A stretch of DNA of 20,267 nt from Octopus sinensis (GCF_006345805.1 NW_021824092.1:1-20267); one strand, 5' to 3'; counted from the first letter of the stretch, positions 9,874 through 20,225 are shown. The notes: generated by a model not told the origin, from the letters alone. A program made the numbers and translations.

Positions 9874-9900
9874 GGTGTGTATACGTGTGTGTATGTGTGT
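9565..9900. repeat. (GT)n/(TA)n field containing four copies of TTGGTGTGTATACGTGT
   Basis: Directly visible at about 9724, 9784, 9820 and 9872. Confidence 0.93.
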
Positions 9901-10619
9901 GTTTTCCCCTCGGTATACCTATCTGCAAGCAGAACACCACAGAAAACCGTTCCTGTTTGAAATCCTGTCTTTCCGCTAAGTCGTTCTCTCGCCTACATAT
10001 ATTCTGATAATCGTATCACGCCTGCCTCCTCCCTTACAACACCCCTGGCAATCCAACCACATAAAAACCACCCAAACCATTACATAAAAACAAAAATCGG
10101 AAAAGGAAAGGAAAAACAACAAAATCATTCTGTTATGGGTGGAGACTCTCCTTACTGGAACGCCTTTCCTTCCTACGCCATCTCATCAATTACTATCGAA
10201 GTAACTCTCAGAGCATTTTAACTTAGTATTGACTAAAGTAACCTCACCCTGCTTTATGTTTTTTTTTATCCATATTTTCAATTCAAAGCGCTTATAACAG
10301 ACAATTAATAACAATCACCTCTCTGGAGTGTACTTTTCCATCCTTTCACATCAAAGCAAACTTTGAATACGATCTTCCCACGCATTTTCATCAGCTGCTT
10401 CTCAGAGGAAAGCAATCAGTCTGAAGGACAATGCGTTCTCTTACTCCACGAAGTGACTACGCTAAACAATGGCGTGTAGAAGTTCAAATTGTTACCAGTT
10501 CAAATATGCTGGAGGCACATTCGAACAGCAAAAGCAATTGACTGTATTTTGTCATGGAGAAAATTTCCCCACTGCAGATAAATAGGTATCAGCATTTACT
10601 TCAGCTCACAGTGCATCCT

Positions 10620-10865
10620 AACCAGACATTTAGACGCATGCATTTCAGAGTGGTTGTCCCATCTTCAGCAGCAGACACCGGAAGGTAAACGCTGCGAACT
10701 GTTATGATGTGCGATATCCCGCGCACTGGTTCAAGCAATGTCGATTTGAAGGCGGGACTGAGCTAATGGAAAGTCCCAGACATTCGATCACAATAAACAA
10801 ATCATGTGTTCAGGTTGTTCAGATGGAAATGGCAGGACAGTCTTTCTCAATCGACGAGAGACTTC
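10620..10865 (+). mobile_element. Possible degraded mariner transposase N-terminal (HTH) fragment
   Basis: ORF 10709 reads AHWFKQCRFEGGTELMESPR...VQVV...SFSIDE, loosely resembling mariner W..RF..G...L.D.PRSGRP....I..V......R.TI.E. The match is weak and no TIR was identified. Confidence 0.3.
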
Positions 10866-10874
10866 CATCATTCA

Positions 10875-10881
10875 TTATATA

Positions 10882-10917
<36 letters not shown>

Positions 10918-10943
10918 TATATATTATATATTATATATATATT

Positions 10944-10975
<32 letters not shown>

Positions 10976-11013
10976 AATATATAAATATATATAATATAAT
11001 ATATATATATATG

Positions 11014-11045
<32 letters not shown>
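10875..11045. repeat. (TACA)n/(TA)n/(CA)n microsatellite
   Basis: Directly visible; continuous with the SINE internal tract position. Confidence 0.95.
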
Positions 11046-11204
11046 TACGACAGGCTTCTTTCAGCTTCCGTCTACCAAATCCACTCACGAGGCTTTGGCC
11101 GGCTCGAGGCTATAGTAGAAGGTACCTGCCCAAGGTGCCACGCAGTGGGACTGGACCCGGAACCAGGTGGTTGGGATGCAAGCTTCTTACCACACAGCTA
11201 CGCC
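11046..11204 (-). mobile_element. 5' half (tRNA head and CORE-like region) of a family 1 SINE
   Basis: Homologous to 8475-8626 (GGCTTCTTTCAG.TTCCGTCTACCAAATCCACTCAC...CCCAAGGTGCCACGCAGTGGGACT). Confidence 0.9.
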
Positions 11205-11702
11205 ATATTAATGTTTGTTTTTACGTTCAGCTATAATAAAATCATTGCTTCAACACACGAGTTCACATCAAGAATCTTGCAAAACACATGCATAGACTAT
11301 AATAAAAATGATTTAACATTAATCTGATGGGTTACTCTATACTTTTTGAAGGCAGTGACTTCGAAGTTTAGGCGAAGGGTTAGCTGGCCGAAATTTCGAA
11401 GTCACTGAGAAAACAACATTCTTGTTTAATAATAATAATAACCAGTTGGACCTGTAAAAAGTTCATGGAAAATATAAAAAGAGAAAGCATTCGTAAATTG
11501 TGTGCTGGTGCCATGAGAAATATTTCTATATAGTGACAGTTACAGAATATTGAAAGACGTGTAAAACCGATAACTATATAATCCAACCAAAATATCTCAG
11601 TTAATCAAACATAAACAGAATTACCATTAAGCCTTAAAATACACCATACATATTCAAAGCGCCCTCTTGGTTTAGTGGTACAGAATGCTCTTCTGGTATT
11701 TT

Positions 11703-11984
11703 TTTATTCTTTTACTTGTTTCAGTCATTTGACGGTGACCATGCTGGAGTAATCGATCTCTGGGGTTATTCCTTGTAAGCCTGGTGCTTATTCCATCTGT
11801 CTCTTCTGTCGAATAGCTAAGTTACGGGGACGCAAACACACCAAAATCGGTTATCAAGCAATGGTGGTGGTGGGACAAACACACACACACATGTGTATAT
11901 ACATATGACGGGCTTCTTTCAGTTTCCGTCTACCAAATTCACTCACGAGGCTTTGGTCGGCTCGAGGTTATAGTAGAAAACACT
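11703..11984 (-). mobile_element. Family 1 SINE lacking the tRNA head
   Basis: Homologous to 8200-8550, including the tail TTTTACTTGTTTCAGTCATTTGAC and GCTAAGTTACGGGGACG. Confidence 0.9.
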
Positions 11985-12443
11985 CTTTAAAGTACAGCGT
12001 TGAATTTCGTGTAGCCACCTGTTGGCACCCCCCCCCCCCCAATTTTGTAGGGGGTATTACCCACATTTCTGGGCTCTTTTCACAGCTATACCCCGTTCGA
12101 AATTTGCCTTAGTTTTGTATGAAAAAAAAAAGGAAGGAAACATGGTCTTTCCCTCCAACTTAAAAACATAAAGAACTATGAAAGAAGGCGAATAAGTAGC
12201 GGGGGTGGGGGAAAGAAGAGAAAACTAACACTTGATTGTTCTAGAACTCCAAGAATGAAAACGCAAACGCCTGAAAGACTTTCTCTCCATTCTTTACTAA
12301 ATGTCTTTCCCTCTTCTTCATTTTTAAAGTAAAAAAGCTAGAAAAGATCGATCGTGTTTCAGTCTAATTGCCATTTTAAATGACTGATGCTTTCCTTTCT
12401 CTGTCTCTATCGCTTCACTCCTTTTCTCTACGGCTAAGAGAGT

Positions 12444-12695
12444 GAAGGTGCGTGAGTCTGTGGTTAGGGGTGTACGGTCCACGATCATGAAGTCATGAGT
12501 ACGATTCCTTGCGGCGCGCTATGAGCAAGGTACTCTACATCACCTTGCTGCAGTTCACTCAGCTGACAAAAATGAGCTGTAGTTGTAATTCAGACGGGCC
12601 AGCCTTGTCAGATTCTGTGTGAGGCTGGATCTCACTGAGGACTACATTAATGATATGCATGTCTGTGGAATACTCAGCCACTTGTGAGTTAATTC
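12444..12695 (+). mobile_element. Diverged tRNA-derived SINE
   Basis: The head GTGGTTAGGGGTGT...ACGATTCC is followed by ATGAGCAAGGTACTCTACATCACCTTGCTGCAGTTCACTCAGCTG and a tail GGGCCAGCCTTGTCA...GTCTGTGGAATACTCAGCCACTTG that I recognise as an octopus SINE body. Confidence 0.65.
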
Positions 12696-12789
12696 TATCC
12701 TCGTGTGGTAATGAAAAGTGAAAGTGACATCCAATATTTGTTGTAGTTGTATTTGGATCAACAATGTGTCTATGTATCAACTTTCTTTC

Positions 12790-13085
12790 AATCTATGTAT
12801 TTAGTGTCTCTCTCACTTTCTTTCTCTCTCACTTCCTCTGTGTCCCTCCTCCCTCCCTCTTCTAATTTAACAATGTGTGTATGTATCTATGCATCAACTT
12901 TTCTTGCGATATGATAAAAATTTTAAAACACAAAACAAACGCCGTCACCACTGTGTCTCTCACCCTCTCTCTTTCTCTCTCACCCTCTCTCTTTCTCTCT
13001 TATTCTCTCCTTCTCTTTGATTTTCTCTTTCTCTCTCACCTCCTCTCTGTCCTCATCTCTCTCGCTTTACCACTCGCTTCTTCTT
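12790..13085. repeat. CT-rich low-complexity tract
   Basis: Directly visible. Confidence 0.85.
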
Positions 13086-13156
13086 TTGAGGTAAGTGTGA
13101 CACACACCACAGGTACGGAGGTACAAAAATAACTTGGCGTATTAATATTATTGATC

Positions 13157-13197
<41 letters not shown>
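13157..13197. repeat. (TAA)n microsatellite
   Basis: Directly visible. Confidence 0.97.
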
Positions 13198-13198
<1 letters not shown>

Positions 13199-13256
13199 CA
13201 CATGTGCGTACATACACACAGACAAGTACACACACACACACATACACACCTCTTTC

Positions 13257-13630
13257 GCTGTGTGGCAAGTGCTTCCCGATCACACGGTTCCGGGTTCAGT
13301 CCCATTGCGTAGCGATGGGTAAGTTTCTTCTTTAACCTCGTGAATAGATTTGGTAGACAGAAACTAAAAGAAGCTCGATGTACGTATAGACACACACACA
13401 CACACACACACACACACAACACAACACACACACACACGCACACACACGTGTTTGTGTATTCTTTGTGCTTGTCCCCTACCATCACGTGATAACCGGTCTT
13501 GTTTATATTCCCGCAAAAAGAGCTGATAACAAAAAAAACAACAAAAAAACCATGAGAACGATTTGTTCTACTAAAGCGTTCAAGGCAAAGCCCCAGTATG
13601 GCCGCAGTCCCATGACTCAAGTAAGTAAAT
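13257..13630 (+). mobile_element. Diverged family 1 SINE with an internal (CA)n tract
   Basis: GCTGTGTGG...GGTTCCGGGTTCAGTCCCATTGCGT...GATTTGGTAGACAGAAACTAAAAGAAGC, then the microsatellite, then a tail ending ATGACTCAAGTAAGTAAA. Confidence 0.85.
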
Positions 13631-13657
13631 ACACACATACAAACACACATACATCTC

Positions 13658-13689
<32 letters not shown>

Positions 13690-13806
13690 GGTATACATGA
13701 TTGTTAAAATGTCTCCTTTAAAAGACAAATAGGTAGATATTAATTATAAATCGCTTGTAGCTATTAAAATACCACCCATGTGTGTGTGTATGTGTGTGTG
13801 TGTGCA

Positions 13807-13844
<38 letters not shown>

Positions 13845-13860
13845 GTGTGTGTGTATGTGT

Positions 13861-14730
13861 GTGAACGTGGCTGAGATTAAGATAATATTATTCATGACCT
13901 ATGCGATACGATATCATCTCCTATTTCAATAGAAACATTTCCATTTTGGCACCAATCTATTTTAGATCTAAATCTAAGCGAAGACCGTGTCTCAGAGAAT
14001 TCTGGGTTTGAATTATTTATATACATCATGTATACATACGTGCATACATGCATCAAGCCATTCGTCCCTCCGTCCATCCATCCATCCATCCATCCATCCA
14101 TCCATCCATCCATCTGTCCATACGTGCATACATACATACATGAGGAGATACATAGGCACACACGAATAAACATACAGGCGTAGTATTCATACACACAGAT
14201 ATGTATGTATGCAGGCATGCATGTATGTATATGTGTATATATGTATGTATGCAAACATGTATGTATATGTATGTGTGTGTGTGTGGTGTGTGGTGTGTGT
14301 GTATGTGTGTGTGTGTGTATGTGTGTGAACGTGGCTGAGATTAAGATAATATTATTCATGACCTATGCGATACGATATCATCTCCTATTTCAATAGAAAC
14401 ATTCCATTTTGGCACCAATCTATTTTAGATCTAAATCTAAGCGAAGACCGTGTCTCAGAGAATTCTGGGTTTGAATTATTTATATACATCATGTATACAT
14501 ACGTGCATACATGCATCAAGCCATTCGTCCCTCCGTCCATCCATCCATCCATCCATCCATCCATCCATCCATCCATCTGTCCATACGTGCATACATACAT
14601 ACATGAGGAGATACATAGGCACACACGAATAAACATACAGGCGTAGTATTCATACACACAGATATGTATGTATGCAGGCATGCATGTATGTATATGTGTA
14701 TATATGTATGTATGCAAACATGTATGTATA

Positions 14731-14760
<30 letters not shown>
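13861..14760. repeat. Tandem duplication, unit 463-464 bp, two copies (about 13861-14324 and 14325-14760)
   Basis: GTGAACGTGGCTGAG occurs at 13861 and 14325, and ORFs 13987..14169 and 14450..14632 are identical. The only difference I found in the non-GT part is a 1-nt T indel (GAAACATTTCC vs GAAACATTCC). Confidence 0.97.
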
Positions 14761-14761
<1 letters not shown>

Positions 14762-14883
14762 ATACATATACATACATGCCTAGATCTGCGTTTCCAAAGC
14801 AAGAAACTATTATTAGTTGTATCTTCATGCAGTGTAAATTAAATCACACACATATATACGCACATACACACACGTACACGCAT

Positions 14884-14920
<37 letters not shown>

Positions 14921-16732
14921 TGGAGGTAACATATAATGTTTAGTAAATTGTAACGAATGAAAGAAACGTACCCAGCACCGTAAAGTCGACTACAATCAGT
15001 ACTAGACACTACAGGCAATTATCGGCAGCGTGTGGTTAAAAGGAATTAGCTACTGTTTGGAGCAGATCGAGCATCTTTATATGTTTTACCATTTCAAAAC
15101 TGTGAATACAAGGTCTACATACAAGCGAAGTATCGTCCATTCTTTCTAAATGTCGTGACATCAAACACTTCCGGGTTTTGTCTATACAAATCGCTTACCC
15201 AATTATGACTTACCCAATTATGTGCCGCTGGTTACCTTTCTGTTAGTTTATAATCTTTGCAAATGTTGATTATGTTGAACATGTCATGACCTCGGCAAAT
15301 GTTTTATGGGCAGGTAAATTCTTGTTAGTAAAACATTTAAGCGGGCATTTTCGGTGTAGTTCTGTTGGTTTTTTTAAGCATGATAATTTTATCAGTATCG
15401 TCTGTTATCCTTGTCAAGCGAAGTCGTTTGTGAATTTGTAGAATATAATTAACCCGAAGACGCCGCTCTACGCTTTGTTTGATTATCTTCTTTCGAATTA
15501 TGTTATCAGTTTCATGGAGAAAGTTAATAGAATTTTTTCTCTTTTGCTTCCGCTACATCGTGTCTGGCTCGTCAAGTTTGTCTGGTTCGTCTCTCTTGTG
15601 TGGTTTGTCTAGTTCTTTCAGGTGAATGAAATATTGTATCGTATAACAGAAGGAAGAACACGTTGTCTAATGCATTCTTCCTTTTCTAAAATGATAGGGT
15701 GTAATTTTCAGAGCATTTAGCTGTAATTTCTCACAGACTGAGCCACTGTTTAGCGAATCCACGAGTGAAGTATTAAAAATAAGTTTTTGATGTTGTTGTT
15801 GAGCCGCCGGTCAACACAGGTTGAGTAAACCTAAGATCAAAGGCAATTCAGCCATGAACACTCCAACTCTTTCAACATGTAAAACTGCATTATCCAATAT
15901 TCGCATCTATATTTAGTGTATGATTTGTGGGATATTTAGTGGCACTGTTAGACGAACCCTCAGTGGCACGATGAAATCAAAGCCAAAAGTGTGAGGTGAC
16001 CAGCCAGCAGGATGCCACAAATATTCAGCAATTCAAGTTTTTTGTATAATTGTATGCATGCATATACGTACACATGTTTATGTGTGTACATATGTATCTA
16101 AGGAAATGTCTGTGGTAATATGCGTTAACGTATATTTGAATATACATGTAAAGGTTACGCATAAATGATTTGTTGATGGTGTATGCTGATGCGATCGAAA
16201 TGATCTTAGATGATATGTTAATTTCTAACCGATATGAAACAAAGAATCTATTGGGTTTTGAAATGTTGGAATGACTGCGATAGATTCCGTCTGCAAGCTT
16301 TATCACACCAGTCTTTATTGAGTTGGCCAGAGAAGAATATATTAGTCAATACTGTAGAAACAAATTACAGGAGAGTTCTAATGGTGTGTGTGTGTGTGTG
16401 TGTGTTGTGTGTTGCGTGCGTCAATTTTCTAGACGGACCGGAATGAAATGGTGGAACGGAGGAATGAACCAATCAATACACAGCATGGCTCATGGGGATT
16501 TCTTTTACTTTTATTTGGAATTTGTGGTCTGGGTGTGTATGTTGTGTCTAAACGGTAATATGGAAATGTATATAATACAAACACATACATACAGTACATA
16601 GATATATACATACACATACGTATGTACACAGAGACATGCTCACATATATAGCGCTTGGATGATTCCAATCACTACACACTACTGAACATGCATCACTATG
16701 TACCCCCACCCACACGCACACACATATGTGAA

Positions 16733-16817
16733 GACACACGGCCCAGTGGCTAGGGGTGTTGCGCTCACAGCCGTCAGATCGTGGTTTCGAATCGGAGACC
16801 GGCTGCGCGTTGTGTTC
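16733..16817 (+). mobile_element. Isolated tRNA-like head of a family 2 SINE
   Basis: ACGGCCCAGTGGCTAGGGG...GATCGTGGTTTCGAATC, homologous to the reverse complement of 8860-8943. Confidence 0.7.
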
Positions 16818-17057
16818 ACGATGAATTATTGTTTGTCTGTAATAAAATAATCTTTGCTCCGGTGCATGTTTTGAGAACGGAAGCGACAGGAATTACGAAT
16901 CCGCAGCCACTTCATATCAGTGCATAGAATATCACGTGCACACTGCACTCTATTCTATAGTATATGTATCTGTGCACATATGCATATGTGGACTTGCAGG
17001 TGGTTGAAACAGGCGTTTTAGTAACACCTTTCCTTGCCAGAGTTACACTGATGCTAA

Positions 17058-17485
17058 GGCGGCGAGCTGGCAGAAACGTTAGCACGCCAGGCGAAATGTG
17101 TAGCAGTATTTCGTTTGCCGTTACCTTCTGAGTTCAAATTACGCCGAGGTCGACTTTGCTTTCATTCTTTCGGGCTCGATAAATTAGGTACCAGTTACGC
17201 ACTGTGTCGATGTAATCGACTTAATCCCTTTGTCTGTCCTTGTTTGTCCCCTCTGTGCTTAGCCCCTTGTGGGCAATAAAGAAATAAGAAACGTCAGCAC
17301 GCCGGGCGAAAAGCCTAACCGTATTTCGTCTGTCTTTATGTCCTGAGTTCAAATTCTGCCGAGATCGACTTCGCCTTTCATCCTTTCGGGGTCGATAAAT
17401 TAAGTACCAGTTGCGTACTGGAATCGATCTAAACGACTGGCCCTCTCCCCCAAAGTTACGGGCCTTGTGCTAGAGTAGAAAAGAA
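17058..17485 (+). mobile_element. Dimeric tRNA-derived SINE (family 3) with a 15-bp target-site duplication
   Basis: Two related monomers (AGAAACG at 17072 and 17287, 215-bp offset), each with a B box GAGTTCAAATT and the segment TTTCAT.CTTTCGGG.TCGATAAATTA.GTACCAG. TTACACTGATGCTAA flanks both sides (17043-17057, 17486-17500). Confidence 0.95.
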
Positions 17486-17962
17486 TTACACTGATGCTAA
17501 TCTTTTGATCTTCACCGCAGAAATATCCAGGTGAGCGTCGAAGAACTATAACTTTAATGACATATTACACCTCATTACACCCAGGTAAAACTTGAGAATG
17601 TTGCTAGCTATTTCAGAATAGTTTCAATATTGTGATTTCCCAAAACAGACTGTTCGTGAAGTTTGGGTACCATCCAAATTATTAGAATAGCACATAGCAC
17701 CTGACATAAAACCGTTTAACCATTCTGTTAGTAGTTTTACACGTCGCACAACACAAGTGTAAGCGGTCCGAAAGTTTTTGCCGGTCATCCGATTAATATG
17801 CGAAATATAACTGACAGCATTTTCTTATACTAAGGACGCCAAGTTGGCTCCGTGCGATTTTTCAAGTTAGATCTCCATGCAGAAGGAATTTGAATGGTTC
17901 TCACAGATCCATGGCATGACAAAGCACAACACGAACTCATGACGGGGGTGATGCCATTTAAC

Positions 17963-17974
17963 AGCATCATCATC

Positions 17975-18007
<33 letters not shown>

Positions 18008-18070
18008 GCGCAGCAACAACAACAACAGCAGCAGTAACAAGAACGGCGACAGCTACAACAACAACAACAA
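17963..18070. repeat. Compound (ATC)n/(CAA)n/(CAG)n trinucleotide repeat
   Basis: Directly visible. Confidence 0.93.
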
Positions 18071-18174
18071 TATTTTTTGTTAAAATACATCTAGGACATA
18101 GTAAACTAATATTATTACGGTCTTGACAATTCCCGCACCAATACATACGCACAATCATGTACGCATACATTTAT

Positions 18175-18183
18175 GCATATGTA

Positions 18184-18250
<67 letters not shown>
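18175..18250. repeat. (TA)n/(TG)n microsatellite
   Basis: Directly visible. Confidence 0.96.
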
Positions 18251-18251
<1 letters not shown>

Positions 18252-18479
18252 TATTAACTAGCAGACTGACTTGGAATTGCTCCACACACAGGCTTTTGGC
18301 TCAGGTTTTCTCCGTCATCTGCCCTGACCCCTTGTCAGGACTTTCTTCATATTTGAATACATTCTACTGATTTTACACAGCAATTAATACAAAGCCCCAT
18401 CCCTACACACACATATATTTTAAGATTAAAACCTTTAAATATCATGATTTTATTTAATAAATGTTGCTGTTTTATCCGG

Positions 18480-18720
18480 GGTTCATACTAAATGAAAAAA
18501 AAAAAAGAAGATAAAAAGAGGGTCTCAACAAATCTAAACATTACAGGAAAACTGTGACTCCTTGGATGTATTCAATTGAAATACGTTCACTGAGATTCTC
18601 CCATCGAAATTGAATACATAGATGGAGCCACAGTTTTTCTGTCATGTTTAGATTTCTTGAGTCCCTTTTTTTATCTTCCTTTTCATTTAGTATGAACCGC
18701 TGAGATTCTCCCATCGAAAT
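18480..18720. repeat. Fold-back: inverted arms 18480-18577 and 18608-18698, plus a 21-bp direct repeat at 18590-18610 and 18700-18720
   Basis: GGTTCATACTAAATGAAAA...TGTATTCAATT versus AATTGAATACAT...TTTTCATTTAGTATGAACC; CTGAGATTCTCCCATCGAAAT occurs twice exactly. Confidence 0.93.
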
Positions 18721-19098
18721 ACTTGCGACAGAAACGTTGTCACCCAGTGTTATCCTTTAATCTGAGTAAATGGTTTAATGTTTGTCTTATCTGCGCTGTT
18801 TATTGAATGCAAAACAATCCGGGTATTTTGGAGGTTATTATTGTTTTATGTATACTGTGTTTGAATAAATGACAGTATGACGATTGTTGGAACTTCCTAG
18901 AATATATCTTTGCAAGATCATGGCTGATCTTAGACTAATCAGCACCCCCTTCACCGCCACTCCACCAGCGCTGTCTATGAATCGAAGAATCTCTCTGTGA
19001 TTGGCCAGTGAGTAAGTAACTTCGAACTATGACCATCCACTCTTCAACTTTACCATTGTTGTGTTGTCGAAGCTTTAGTCTTTTCTTGTTACCGTTTT

Positions 19099-19217
19099 AC
19101 CTTCGGCAAGTGCCTTCTGCGAATGCCTCGGGCATACCAAAACCCTGTGAGTGAATTTGGTAGACGGAAACACTGAAAGAAGCCCGTCGTATATATGTAT
19201 ATATATACATACATACA

Positions 19218-19313
<96 letters not shown>

Positions 19314-19525
19314 TTTGTGTTTGCGTTTGTCACCCCCATCATAGCTTGACAACCGGTGTTGGTGTGTTACGTTCCCGTAACTTAGCGGTTCGGCCGAGAG
19401 TCCGAAAGAATAAGTATTTGTTTTAAAAATAAGTCCTGGATTTGAACTGTTCGACAAAAAATCTTCAAGGTGGTGCCTCAGCATGGCCACAGCCAAATGA
19501 CTGAAACAAGTAAAATAATAAAAGA
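19099..19525 (+). mobile_element. 5'-truncated family 1 SINE with an internal (TACA)n(TA)n(GT)n tract
   Basis: ACCTTCGGCAAGTG...GTGAGTGAATTTGGTAGACGGAAAC...GAAAGAAGCCCGTCG, the microsatellite, CCCGTAACTTAGCGGTTCGG, and the tail AATGACTGAAACAAGTAAAA. Confidence 0.92.
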
Positions 19526-19591
19526 ATGTGTGTGTATGTGTGTGCGTGCGTGTATGTCCACACGTATACATATCTACATATGTCTATACAT

Positions 19592-19763
19592 CGCCATGAT
19601 TGACCGCTAGCTATTAAAGCTGTTTATTTTCTCGTGTTCCTTTCTGATGAAGAGCGCAGGCTCGAAACATAAAAGACTTTCTCACCTTCCTGAGCATTAA
19701 ACTAATACACCTGTTTGTTGTTTACACACCTGTCTCCGTCTTATGTTTTTTGGAACTTCCAAC
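19592..19763 (+). mobile_element. Short non-coding repeat with a minimal hammerhead motif (copy B; PLE pLTR- or retrozyme-like)
   Basis: Homologous to 7928-8111 and followed by (TA)n. Confidence 0.8.
19640..19675 (+). ncRNA. Minimal type I hammerhead ribozyme motif (intact CUGAUGA/GAAA core, helix III variant)
   Basis: CTTT-CTGATGA-A-GAGC-gcag-GCTC-GAAA-CATA-AAAG. Helix I is CUUU/AAAG, helix II is GAGC/GCUC with a 4-nt loop, and the helix III palindrome ACGU is changed to ACAU. Confidence 0.75.
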
Positions 19764-20019
19764 TATATATATAGATATTTACATATATATACGTACACAT
19801 AAACACACAAATGCTAATACTCTCTGGAGTTACCTAAACGCAGAATCATAGTTTATGCTTTTAGTATAGTTTATGCGTTAGGTTTGACGTTTAGAACCCT
19901 TTCTTATAAACAGTGACACTTTGTCGGAAGATACTTTGTTAGAAGTGTCTGAGGAGTGTTTTTGGACGAACAAAACGAATTTGAAATCATTATTGCTATA
20001 AAACCGAAATTCATGAGGT

Positions 20020-20225
20020 ATCTATCTATCTATCTATCTATCTGTCTATAATAAATATATATATATATAACGTATATATATACATGCATACATATACACA
20101 CACATCTATGTATATATACATATATATATGTAATATGATATAATTTAAATAACATATATATATAAATATATGCATATATATATATATGTATGTGTACATA
20201 CTTACATCTATACGTATATACTTAT
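20020..20225. repeat. (TATC)n/(TA)n microsatellite field
   Basis: Directly visible. Confidence 0.93.

Noticed and set aside
13080-13095. Strong splice donor GAG|GTAAGT after a CT-rich tract
   Set aside because: Cannot define the exon without transcript data; such hexamers occur by chance several times in 20 kb.
17000-17536. Putative exon or 10-nt microexon (CAG|AAATATCCAG|GTGAGC) interrupted by the dimeric SINE
   Set aside because: The reconstructed pre-insertion exon has stops in all three frames, and 10 nt is not frame-preserving.
17761-17795. Tc1-like terminal sequence GCGGTCCGAAAGTTTTTGCC
   Set aside because: No matching second TIR found and the orientation is ambiguous.
19949-19980. 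CTGAGGA-GTGTTTT...AAAAC-GAAT hammerhead-like string
   Set aside because: Has CUGANGA, but GAAA, helix III and helix I are not intact; too weak without a family consensus.
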